Source of the DNA: Patescibacteria group bacterium
GTDB taxonomy: Bacteria > Patescibacteriota > Microgenomatia > UBA10105 > UBA927
Direction: 5' to 3'
NCBI GenBank assembly: GCA_038062795.1
Contig: JBBTWM010000013.1
Span: forward strand, 1-37,246
DNA length: 37,246 nucleotides
Program-made: the position numbers and the translations under genes
Notes under the pieces: model-generated
Database searches by the model: none
What the model was told of the DNA's origin: nothing
The model's input: the letters and a program-made list of their open reading frames with translations, nothing else
In this document: piece after piece, positions 1 through 7,404 of the stretch
Position numbering within the stretch: the first letter of the stretch is position 1
How the letters are laid out: every line of letters begins with the position of its first letter

Positions 1-1
1 C

Positions 2-343
2 ACACCCATCACCCTGCTGTATATAGATTTTGGCAAACTCGTCGCGAGCGCCAAAACCAACAAAACCTATATACCGGTTCCTAAATACCCGCCGGTAGTA
101 GAGGACCTGTCATTTATCGTACCCGAACGGTTTCATGTACAGCCGTTGATCGACCTGCTTTCCCATGCGCATGCCTTAGTAAGTTCAGTAACCCTCCTGG
201 ATGTGCACCAAAACACCAGAACGTTTCATGTAACGTATCAGGATCCGTCACGCAATCTGACAAGTGAAGAAATCGTTCCCGTACGAAACAACCTTATCGA
301 AATGGCACAAGTGAAATTCGGCGTGCTTCTCAAAACCGTATAA
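2..343 (+). CDS. pheT: Phenylalanyl-tRNA synthetase beta subunit, C-terminal fragment (5' end lies outside the window)
   Basis: Frame 2 is open from the window edge to the TAA at 341-343. The translation (..PKYPPVVEDLSFIVPERF..VTLLDVHQNTRTFHVTYQDPSRNLTSEEIVPVRNNL..) has the pattern of the ferredoxin-fold anticodon-binding domain that ends bacterial PheT. Confidence 0.75.
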   Translation, partial: TPITLLYIDFGKLVASAKTNKTYIPVPKYPPVVEDLSFIVPERFHVQPLIDLLSHAHALVSSVTLLDVHQNTRTFHVTYQDPSRNLTSEEIVPVRNNLIEMAQVKFGVLLKTV

Positions 344-356
344 CAACATACCTGTA

Positions 357-2960
357 TCAGGGAGTAGGAGAAGGCGTAGGACTGGCGTAGACCTGATTAA
401 TCCCCACATGAATTTCCCGTTCGCTCGACGTACCCCGTTTATCCGTTGCTTTAACTTTGATGATGTGTGAGCCGTTTACGATAGTGATTGTTTCGGAAAT
501 CGACTTCTCATTGCTCTTTTCCCTGACTTTATTTCCATCGACGAATAGTTCAAACTTCTCGATGTCAGCAGTCGAAATCGCATTGGCTTCCACTGTTACG
601 GAATTATTATCGATCCGCTCATTATCTCCGGGCTTTTTTACCTGTAGCACCAATTGGTTGGAGTCGCCTCCGCTGTACGTTTCTGTCGGTGCTTTGTATT
701 TACTGTCGGCAGAGGCTATCCAGGCATTAATGCCGTCCTGCCACCGGTTTTTCCCGTCACCGGACACCGGATCGTCTTCGTGCAGCACAATAAATAATTT
801 CTCGTCGTAATCGCCGGTTGCAACTTCCACGCTATTCGCAAGTTTATTGTTGTCTTTGCGGGATACCTTCAGCTTCTGGTAGATAGCGGCAGGACCGGTG
901 GGCTCTGTGCCCTTGATAAAAAACTCCTTCCGCGTCGGCTGACTCTCAAACGGTAAACCGCCGCCAAACGCATCGATATCCATCTCTATAACTCCCTCGG
1001 GTCGGTCAAACGGCTCATCCTGCATATTTTTGATTGCCTCCCGCATGATGCGGTTCCAGATGGGGGCAGCCCCGGTTACCCCGGAAGCGAGTGTCGGGCT
1101 CATCGGGGTATTATCATTATTGCCGACCCAGGTAAGAACGACGCGGCTTTTGGTGTACCCGGCCGTCCAGTTGTCCCGCTTGTCATCGGTTGTTCCGGTT
1201 TTGGCCGCTACCGTTTTACCGGATATGACCAAATAGGATTTGAGCCCAAACACTTCTTTGCGTGCATCATTATCGGAAAGGATGGAGGAAATAATAAAAG
1301 CTACATCCGGCTCCAGCTCATCACGGGAAGCAGACGGCTTATATTCATAGAGCGTTTTGCCTCCGGCATCCGTAACTTTCAGGATGGCTACGGAGTCCAT
1401 GCGTTTGCCCCCGGTCGCCAACACGCCGAAGGCCGTTGCCATATCCATCATCGTAACTTCTGCTCCTCCCAGCGGCAGGGAAAGCCCCACCCTTCTCAAG
1501 TTCGCATCGCTCGGCTCCCAGGTCTTGAGGCCCATCGCGTACCCCAGTTTCAGCACATCTTTGACCCCGTCCAGGGCGGCAACTTTTACCGCGATCGTAT
1601 TTATGGAATTGGCGAGTGCGTACCGCAGTTGTATAGGGCCGCGGTATTTATTGTCATAATTTTTCGGATTGTATTCCGGTTTGGCCGGATCTCCTGACGG
1701 ATATTTGGTTTCCACATCCATGAGCATGGATGAGGCGGTGTATCCGCGGGTCAATGCTGCGGCATAGATAATGGGTTTGAGCGTACTTCCCGGCTGCCGC
1801 AAGCCCTGCGTGACGACGTTAAACTTAAGGCCCGAACTGTCCGTCGCCGCATAATCCTTGCTGCCTACCATCGCAAGTATTTCTCCGGTATGGGGATCGA
1901 GTACGACGGCAGCTCCATTGCTTACCTTCAGTTTCTTGGCTTTTTCGACCTCTTCTTTTACCGCAAGCTGCGATGCTTCCTGGAGCGACCAATCGAGCGT
2001 CGTCGTCACCGTGAGGCCGCCTGCGTTCACTATTTTTTCGCCGAAACGATCAATCAGCAATTCTTTGATGTAGGCGACAAAATGCGGCGCGCGCAAACTG
2101 GCGTCACCGGAGGCAAAGGTCATCGTGTCCATTTGCTTGCGGGCTTCACTTTCCTGAGCGGGCGTAATAAGCCCTTCCTCGCGCATACGCCGGAGCACAT
2201 GAGCTGTTCGGTCTTTGTATGCGCCCTCTGTACCCGTAAACGGTGAGTAGTAACTCGGGGACTGGGGCAATCCGGCTAAGATAGCCGACTGAATGAGCGA
2301 CAAATCCTTTACCGGCTTGTCGAAATAATGTTCTGCGGCGGTTTTGACCCCGACTGCAGTGCCGCCATACGGCGCTTCATTCAGATACATGAGCAGGATG
2401 TCATTTTTGCTGTATTTGCGTTCAATCTGAATGGCGAGCACCGCCTCTTTCATTTTGCGGGGAAGCGTACGCTCCTGACTTAGCAGCACATTTTTCACTA
2501 ATTGTTGGGTAAGTGTCGACCCTCCCTGGCAACGCCTCAGGAAAACGCACGCGATCATGCCGCGCATGATACCGGTCGGGGATAAACCCTGGTGTTTGTA
2601 AAAATCCTTGTCCTCGACGGCAACGGTCGCATCTTTCAGGTATTGGGGAACTTCATCCCAACCGGCCGGAATTCTGTTTGCCTCCTCAAAAATGTCGTAC
2701 AGCTTCTCTCCGTTGCGGTCGAGCACCACCGTGGAGAGCCCTTCCCGCCGCTGCACCTTGTCCGGACGGGGCAAATCCTTGGCATACCAGGCAAACAAAA
2801 TACCGGTAAATAATATGAGGATGATAAACCCTATAAACCCGCCGTACGCCACGATACTCCAAACTTTCATGCGGGATACTGAGGGTCCAAACAGCTTTCG
2901 CCGCTGCCGCTCGCTAAAGAGTTCGTACATAAAGGTATTGTACTGAATTCTTGCACGCAT
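357..2960 (-). CDS. Bifunctional class A penicillin-binding protein (PBP1A-type transglycosylase/transpeptidase) with C-terminal Ig-like module
   Basis: N-terminal TM helix (VWSIVAYGGFIGFIILILFTGILFAW). GT51 motifs EDKDFYKHQG, GGSTLTQQLVKN and RKMKE. Transpeptidase motifs STLKP (SxxK), SIN (SxN) and KTGTT (KTG). Beta-rich C-terminal domain and PTPSPTP tail. The track start at 2966 is TTG; the first ATG is at 2960. Confidence 0.9.
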   Translation of the reverse strand: MRARIQYNTFMYELFSERQRRKLFGPSVSRMKVWSIVAYGGFIGFIILILFTGILFAWYAKDLPRPDKVQRREGLSTVVLDRNGEKLYDIFEEANRIPAGWDEVPQYLKDATVAVEDKDFYKHQGLSPTGIMRGMIACVFLRRCQGGSTLTQQLVKNVLLSQERTLPRKMKEAVLAIQIERKYSKNDILLMYLNEAPYGGTAVGVKTAAEHYFDKPVKDLSLIQSAILAGLPQSPSYYSPFTGTEGAYKDRTAHVLRRMREEGLITPAQESEARKQMDTMTFASGDASLRAPHFVAYIKELLIDRFGEKIVNAGGLTVTTTLDWSLQEASQLAVKEEVEKAKKLKVSNGAAVVLDPHTGEILAMVGSKDYAATDSSGLKFNVVTQGLRQPGSTLKPIIYAAALTRGYTASSMLMDVETKYPSGDPAKPEYNPKNYDNKYRGPIQLRYALANSINTIAVKVAALDGVKDVLKLGYAMGLKTWEPSDANLRRVGLSLPLGGAEVTMMDMATAFGVLATGGKRMDSVAILKVTDAGGKTLYEYKPSASRDELEPDVAFIISSILSDNDARKEVFGLKSYLVISGKTVAAKTGTTDDKRDNWTAGYTKSRVVLTWVGNNDNTPMSPTLASGVTGAAPIWNRIMREAIKNMQDEPFDRPEGVIEMDIDAFGGGLPFESQPTRKEFFIKGTEPTGPAAIYQKLKVSRKDNNKLANSVEVATGDYDEKLFIVLHEDDPVSGDGKNRWQDGINAWIASADSKYKAPTETYSGGDSNQLVLQVKKPGDNERIDNNSVTVEANAISTADIEKFELFVDGNKVREKSNEKSISETITIVNGSHIIKVKATDKRGTSSEREIHVGINQVYASPTPSPTP

Positions 2961-2979
2961 TGACAATGCATGCTATACT
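2951..2979 (+). promoter_or_regulatory. Candidate sigma70-type promoter for the aromatic leader/operon: TTGCAC-17 nt-TATACT
   Basis: TTGCAC at 2951-2956, exactly 17 nt of spacer, TATACT at 2974-2979. The -10 ends 9 nt before the leader-1 ATG (2989), which has no Shine-Dalgarno, so the first leader would be leaderless or nearly so. Confidence 0.45.
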
Positions 2980-2988
2980 TCTCAACGT

Positions 2989-3060
2989 ATGAATCGTCAA
3001 GGCAACCGCTATTTCTTTTATTTTACTCCATTCCTTGGAGGGGTTGCTGTGATGTCATAA
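2989..3060 (+). CDS. Leader peptide 1 (23 aa, MNRQGNRYFFYFTPFLGGVAVMS), Phe/Tyr-rich attenuation leader
   Basis: ATG 2989 to TAA 3058-3060. Codons 3010-3033 read Y F F Y F T P F. The ORF is followed by terminator 3083-3106 and sits directly upstream of the Phe/Tyr biosynthesis genes. It resembles the E. coli pheL leader in style. Confidence 0.6.
   Translation: MNRQGNRYFFYFTPFLGGVAVMS
3033..3047 (+). promoter_or_regulatory. Antiterminator strand 1 (pairs with 3081-3094)
   Basis: CCTTGGAGGGGTTGC (3033-3047) forms 13 Watson-Crick pairs, with one A.G mismatch and one bulged T, with GCACCCCGCCAAGG (3081-3094). That covers the entire 5' arm of terminator 1, so the two folds are mutually exclusive. 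Confidence 0.5.
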
Positions 3061-3082
3061 CCGCATCGCAAGAAAAATAAGC

Positions 3083-3106
3083 ACCCCGCCAAGGCGGGGT
3101 TTTTTT
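3083..3106 (+). terminator. Intrinsic terminator / attenuator 1
   Basis: ACCCCGC-CAAG-GCGGGGT hairpin (7 bp, 6 of them G:C, tetraloop) at 3083-3100, running into T7 at 3100-3106. Confidence 0.75.
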
Positions 3107-3126
3107 GTGGGGAAAAGGGAGAACAT

Positions 3127-3216
3127 ATGAAATCAATAAAGCAATTAGACACAGTCGTGTATACATTTACCTATTTTTATGCCGTACCAACGGGGAGGTT
3201 CATGCGGCAAAAATAA
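3127..3216 (+). CDS. Leader peptide 2 (29 aa, MKSIKQLDTVVYTFTYFYAVPTGRFMRQK), Tyr/Phe-rich attenuation leader
   Basis: AAGGGAG Shine-Dalgarno at 3115-3121, 5 nt before ATG 3127; stop TAA at 3214-3216. Codons 3160-3180 read Y T F T Y F Y. The ORF is followed by terminator 3240-3265. Confidence 0.6.
   Translation: MKSIKQLDTVVYTFTYFYAVPTGRFMRQK
3193..3200 (+). promoter_or_regulatory. Antiterminator strand 2 (pairs with 3240-3247)
   Basis: GGGAGGTT (3193-3200, inside leader ORF 2) is perfectly complementary to AACCTCCC (3240-3247), the 5' arm of terminator 2. Confidence 0.45.
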
Positions 3217-3239
3217 GTGAAAAAAAATAAAACGCAACA

Positions 3240-3265
3240 AACCTCCCTTAAGCGGAGGTTTTTTT
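3240..3265 (+). terminator. Intrinsic terminator / attenuator 2
   Basis: AACCTCC (3240-3246) pairs with GGAGGTT (3254-3260) around a 7-nt loop, followed by T7 at 3259-3265. It shares the 3' string TTTTTTTGTGG(G/A)G with terminator 1. The stem is weaker than in terminator 1. Confidence 0.55.
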
Positions 3266-3279
3266 GTGGAGGAATAACT

Positions 3280-4101
3280 ATGAAAAACATTGAACGATCA
3301 TTACAAATCATTGCAGGACCTTGCGCGGCAGAATCCCGCGGACAGATGCTTGCCACAGCCGAGGCAGCCTTGTCACGCGGTATCGATACGGTGCGTATGT
3401 CGCTGTGGAAACCACGCACCAGGCCGGGATTTGAAGGTATAGGAAATCGGGGTATCCCGATATTTCTTGAGATAGCCGCTATGGGAATACGGCCGGCAAC
3501 GGAGGTACTGCTGCCTAAACAGGCCGAGGCTGTATTAAACGGCACAATAGGCAAAGACAGTAATGCACGCGTTCTTTTGTGGCTTGGGTCACGGAACCAA
3601 AATCATCTGATTCAGCGTGATATCGGCTCCGTTGTCGCGAACAATCCGCGTGTCCAGCTGATGATCAAAAATCAGGTTTGGAAAGACCGGGCCCACTGGG
3701 AAGGTATCGTCGAACACGTCGTTGCGGGAGGGGCATCACCCGACCAACTGCTGCTGTGCCACAGAGGCTTCGGACCGCCATCCGCGCGGCTCCGTAACCC
3801 TCCGGACATGAAACTTGCGCTCGAAGTCAAGGATGCAATCACTAAGGCGCATGGAAGGGATGTGCCGCTCATACTGGATCCTTCCCATATTGCCGGCAAA
3901 TCACCGGAGAATGTCATGCGTGTCGCGTTCAAATTATCAGGACAACGACTCGCAGTTGATGGCAGGACACTTGGGATTGACGGCATGATTATCGAAACGC
4001 ATCCTAATCCGGAAACAGCCCAGACCGATAAAAATCAACAGTTAAGTTGGCATCAGCTTGATGGGCTGCTTGCTCGTTTATCGAAAAGGGGGGCGGTATG
4101 A
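3280..4101 (+). CDS. 3-deoxy-D-arabino-heptulosonate-7-phosphate (DAHP) synthase, type I-beta, catalytic barrel only (273 aa)
   Basis: Motifs IIAGPCAAES, LWKPRTRPGFEGIG, LDPSHIAGK and IETHPNPETAQTDKNQQL match the I-beta DAHPS signatures (GPCxxES, KPRTSP..F.G, DPSH, E.H.P..A.SD). GGAGGA SD at 3268-3273 lies 6 nt before ATG 3280. The track's GTG start at 3217 would read through the terminator. Confidence 0.85.
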   Translation: MKNIERSLQIIAGPCAAESRGQMLATAEAALSRGIDTVRMSLWKPRTRPGFEGIGNRGIPIFLEIAAMGIRPATEVLLPKQAEAVLNGTIGKDSNARVLLWLGSRNQNHLIQRDIGSVVANNPRVQLMIKNQVWKDRAHWEGIVEHVVAGGASPDQLLLCHRGFGPPSARLRNPPDMKLALEVKDAITKAHGRDVPLILDPSHIAGKSPENVMRVAFKLSGQRLAVDGRTLGIDGMIIETHPNPETAQTDKNQQLSWHQLDGLLARLSKRGAV

Positions 4102-4295
4102 AAGAAATGGAAATTCCCAAGAAACGGGATACAAAAGTCACTCGTATTATTTCCGGCAAACCGGTTATATCCCGTGAGGGAAGAATTATCGGGTGGGCAG
4201 TTACGGACGGATCTTTGGACTATATGCAACCGGGAAAGGAGGATATATGGATCGAAATAAAACCAAAACAAAAGAAAACACCAATACGTCCATAG
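4098..4295 (+). CDS. Hypothetical 65-aa ORF bridging DAHP synthase and pheA (uncertain)
   Basis: Its ATG overlaps the DAHPS stop (ATGA at 4098-4101) and is preceded by a GGGGGG run. It fills the only gap in the operon and overlaps the pheA start by 49 nt. I recognise no family. Confidence 0.3.
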   Translation: MKEMEIPKKRDTKVTRIISGKPVISREGRIIGWAVTDGSLDYMQPGKEDIWIEIKPKQKKTPIRP

Positions 4296-5119
4296 CATGT
4301 ATGGGGCTTGACGGGTCATTTGGCCATATTGTGGCCCGGCGGCTGCACCCGACGGGTACGATCGTGTCACATACGTCTATAGATAACGTCGGGCGGGCAG
4401 TGGCAAACGGGGAGTCTGCGGTGGGGGTTTTGCCGATAGAAAATTCAACAGCCGGCACGATACAGGAAACATTTGATACGCTGCTACGGAACAACCTCTC
4501 CATTGTCGGGGAGCGGTTTTTGCCGGTCGTACACCATCTGCTTGTGCGCAAAACTCAGTTCGGCGCCGCAGCGGTACAACGAAATGCGATCAAAACAATT
4601 TTGTCGCACCCGAAAGCATTTGAGCAATGCCGCCTTTTTTTGGAAACCCTGCCGAACGCAAAGTTAATCATGGTCCATGATACTGCAGATGCGGCACGGC
4701 GAGTAGCTATGGACCCCGATTCCGGGTTGGCGGCGATTGCAAGCCAAGAGGCGGCACGTGCGCACGGGCTTCGGGTGCTTGTTGGCAATATCCACAGCAA
4801 CCCGGACAACTGTACCCGTTTCGTCATCGTACAAAAACGGCGAAACGGCGTACTCGGCACCAAAGCAACAATCAGTGCGGTACTACCGCATATTCCGGGA
4901 AGTTTGCACCGGCTTCTCGGATCGTTTGCGGCACATCATCTGAATCTGACGCACATAGAATCGCGGCCGATCGGAAGTAAACCATGGGAATACCGGTTTC
5001 TTATCGATCTTGATATCGGCAAAGATACCCGACTATTCCAACGGTCTCTGCTGCAGGCGCGTTCGATTGCCACCACAATAACGATACTCGGCATATATGA
5101 CAAAGGAGTACGTCTATGA
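4247..5119 (+). CDS. pheA: Prephenate dehydratase (PDT domain plus C-terminal ACT domain)
   Basis: N-terminus IACMGLDGSFGHIVARRL (the typical IAYLGPxGTFS pattern), TRFVIV, and ACT-domain signature ESRPIGSKPWEYRFLIDLD. AAGGAGGA SD precedes ATG 4247. Confidence 0.9.
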   Translation: MDRNKTKTKENTNTSIACMGLDGSFGHIVARRLHPTGTIVSHTSIDNVGRAVANGESAVGVLPIENSTAGTIQETFDTLLRNNLSIVGERFLPVVHHLLVRKTQFGAAAVQRNAIKTILSHPKAFEQCRLFLETLPNAKLIMVHDTADAARRVAMDPDSGLAAIASQEAARAHGLRVLVGNIHSNPDNCTRFVIVQKRRNGVLGTKATISAVLPHIPGSLHRLLGSFAAHHLNLTHIESRPIGSKPWEYRFLIDLDIGKDTRLFQRSLLQARSIATTITILGIYDKGVRL

Positions 5120-5400
5120 ACACAAACGCGTCTGCAACATTAGTCCGCTTGCGGCATGAAATCGACGCCGTCGACCGACGGCTGCTCATGCTCATGGCAA
5201 AACGGCAAAAACTTGTTTTGGAAGTCGGGAAACAGAAAAGGACAAATGGGATTCCTGTTACGGATATTGGCAGAGAACAGGTGATTATCAGTGTCTTACA
5301 GAAGCAAGGCAGAATACTCGGCCTGACGGATGCATTCATCCGGGGCCTCATGACGATAATTTTCAAGGAATCGAAGCGCGTACAGAAAGGGAAGATATGA
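5116..5400 (+). CDS. Chorismate mutase, AroQ class (94 aa)
   Basis: LVRLRHEIDAVDRRLLMLMAKRQKLVLEVGKQK is the canonical CM_2 helix-1 pattern (R..ID..D..L..L...R). ATGA overlap with the pheA stop; AAAGGAG SD at 5102-5108. Confidence 0.85.
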   Translation: MNTNASATLVRLRHEIDAVDRRLLMLMAKRQKLVLEVGKQKRTNGIPVTDIGREQVIISVLQKQGRILGLTDAFIRGLMTIIFKESKRVQKGKI

Positions 5401-6269
5401 AGAAAAACGACAGACAAACCATCGGCATTATCGGACTGGGTCTCATAGGGACCTCTATCGGCATGGCGTTGAAAAAGAGTGACACCGCAATCCGGATTAC
5501 GGGCTTCACGCGGTCAAGATTAAACGGCACGCATGCTTTGGAAAAAGGTGCGGTGGATACCCTCAGTGTAACGGTCGCAGAACTCATCGGAGCCACGGAT
5601 ATCATCATACTTGCAACACCCATACATGCCATCATCACATTACTTGCACATATCGGCGCTTGTGCGCACTTGCCGATACTCGTGACGGACACCGGCAGCA
5701 CAAAAGTCGAAATATGCAAGGCGGCGCTACGGTTACCTGCCCATATCACATTCATCGGCGGCCATCCGCTGGCCGGAAAAGAGGTAAGCGGCGCCAACCA
5801 TGCAGAAGCGACGTTGTTTAAAAACCGACCCTGGATTCTCACTCCCACTAACACACGTGACCGTGCGCATCTTTCCGCGTTACGCTCACTCCTTGCTCAA
5901 ACAGGCGCACATCTGCTGGAAATATCGCCAAAGGATCATGACCGGATTATGACGCCCATCTCCCACATGCCTTTTCTCATTTCAGCACTTCTAATGCAAA
6001 CCACACAGACGCACCGTGATTGGCCGGAAGCTAAGGAGTTAGCCGGAAACGGATTCCGCGATACAACACGACTGGCAGGCGGCAATCCGGTAATGCACAC
6101 GGATATTTTACGGACCAACCGTATGGAAATGATTACAGAGCTCTCCCGGATTGAGAAACAAATACGGAGTTTCAGGCAGGATCTCGCCGCCCGGCGTTGG
6201 TCCGCGATTGAAGACCGACTGCGCACTATACAAAAAAACCGACTGGATTGGGGAAAGGATCGTGTATGA
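5397..6269 (+). CDS. tyrA: Prephenate/arogenate dehydrogenase
   Basis: Rossmann N-terminus IGIIGLGLIGTSIGMALKK, then GGHPLAGKE and the following helical domain. ATGA overlap with the chorismate mutase stop. Confidence 0.85.
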   Translation: MKKNDRQTIGIIGLGLIGTSIGMALKKSDTAIRITGFTRSRLNGTHALEKGAVDTLSVTVAELIGATDIIILATPIHAIITLLAHIGACAHLPILVTDTGSTKVEICKAALRLPAHITFIGGHPLAGKEVSGANHAEATLFKNRPWILTPTNTRDRAHLSALRSLLAQTGAHLLEISPKDHDRIMTPISHMPFLISALLMQTTQTHRDWPEAKELAGNGFRDTTRLAGGNPVMHTDILRTNRMEMITELSRIEKQIRSFRQDLAARRWSAIEDRLRTIQKNRLDWGKDRV

Positions 6270-7375
6270 AACCAACCTCATTCGTTAAACATTTCCTGTC
6301 ACATAAACCGGCTTCCTACATTCCGGCCGCCTCAGCGATGCCGGTTCATCATAATTTCGCAGCACTCGAAAACGATTTCGGTATCAGTCCGTTTGTTGCG
6401 AAAGCGTGGCGATTGCTTGATCCTAAGTTCCTAACACACTATCCGGACCGCAATGCGAAAGCACTCAAAAACGCCGTCGCTGCATGGCTTGCGGTAAAGC
6501 CGTCCATGATTGCCTTAGGCAACGGCAGTGACGAGTTGATATCTCTTATTGCGCAAACGTTCGTCGAACCGGAGCATGCGGTCGTTATCCAAACACCGAC
6601 GTTTTTCCGGATTATTGAGGCGGTACACAAAGTGAAAGGCCTCGTCATCGAAGTTGCTGCGGACCGGACTATCGGATTTGCCTTGGATAGGGATATATGC
6701 CGGAGGATTATTGATGCGGCAAATGAGCACCATGCATCGGTCATTTGGCTTTGCACGCCCGATAATCCAACGGGTGCGGTCCTTGACCGCAAACACATTG
6801 CATGGATTCTTACCCACACGAAGGCACTTGTCGTAGTTGACGAAGCCTATCAGGAACTTTGTGACCCGCGGAACCGACAGTCGGCGATTCACTTATTGCG
6901 GTCTCATAAGAATCTCATAGTCACCAGAACATTCTCCAAAGCATTCGGCTTGGCGGGCGCCCGCGTGGGAATGCTCATCGCGCAGCCGGAGGTCATTGAG
7001 ACTATAGACGCCTGGCGGCTCAATTTTCCGGTATCCCACGTATCTCTTGTGCTCGCGGAGGCCGCACTCAAGGATACCCGGCATCTTATCCGTATACAGA
7101 AAATGGTTGCAAAAGAACGTGCCTGGCTCTTTCGTGCCATCCGGAAATTACCGGATCTGGAAATCGGGGCTTCATCGCATACGAATGTTTTTTTACTGCG
7201 CCATAAAACCAAAAATATTCATGCGTTATTACTGCATGAAGGAATACTCACTGCAGACTTTAACCGGATGAACGGATTAGAACATATGCGTTTTGTGCGT
7301 ATCACGGTGAAACAACACAAAGAGAATCTGGCGTTGATTAGCGCTCTTACCAAATTTTGTAGAAGCGGAATATAA
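6266..7375 (+). CDS. hisC: Histidinol-phosphate / aromatic-amino-acid aminotransferase (class II PLP enzyme)
   Basis: YPD motif, GNGSDELI, DEAY, and PLP-lysine motif TFSKAFGLAGARVG. ATG 6266 overlaps the tyrA stop (ATGA). The operon context suggests it makes Phe/Tyr from phenylpyruvate and 4-hydroxyphenylpyruvate. Confidence 0.8.
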   Translation: MKPTSFVKHFLSHKPASYIPAASAMPVHHNFAALENDFGISPFVAKAWRLLDPKFLTHYPDRNAKALKNAVAAWLAVKPSMIALGNGSDELISLIAQTFVEPEHAVVIQTPTFFRIIEAVHKVKGLVIEVAADRTIGFALDRDICRRIIDAANEHHASVIWLCTPDNPTGAVLDRKHIAWILTHTKALVVVDEAYQELCDPRNRQSAIHLLRSHKNLIVTRTFSKAFGLAGARVGMLIAQPEVIETIDAWRLNFPVSHVSLVLAEAALKDTRHLIRIQKMVAKERAWLFRAIRKLPDLEIGASSHTNVFLLRHKTKNIHALLLHEGILTADFNRMNGLEHMRFVRITVKQHKENLALISALTKFCRSGI

Positions 7376-7404
7376 TTCATTTGTGCTATAGTAAAGGAGC
7401 AATT

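Noticed and set aside
3217-3279. The ORF-track start (GTG 3217) gives DAHP synthase a 21-aa N-terminal extension (MKKNKTQQTSLKRRFFCGGIT).
   Set aside because: The extension would be translated straight through terminator 2 and its T7 tract. It begins immediately after the leader-2 stop and has no SD. ATG 3280 has a GGAGGA SD 6 nt upstream and leaves a normal distance to the IIAGPC motif.
2961-3279. Possibility that the long 5' region is a T-box or a metabolite riboswitch rather than peptide-mediated attenuators.
   Set aside because: I could not find the conserved T-box sequence (AGGGUGGNACCGCG-like) or a specifier-loop arrangement. Two short ORFs with aromatic codon runs placed exactly before each terminator explain the region better. 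This still deserves a covariance-model scan.
7376-7404. T-box leader in front of tyrS, as in Firmicutes.
   Set aside because: Only 29 nt separate the aminotransferase stop from the tyrS ATG, and most of that is the SD region. There is no room for a ~200-nt T-box.
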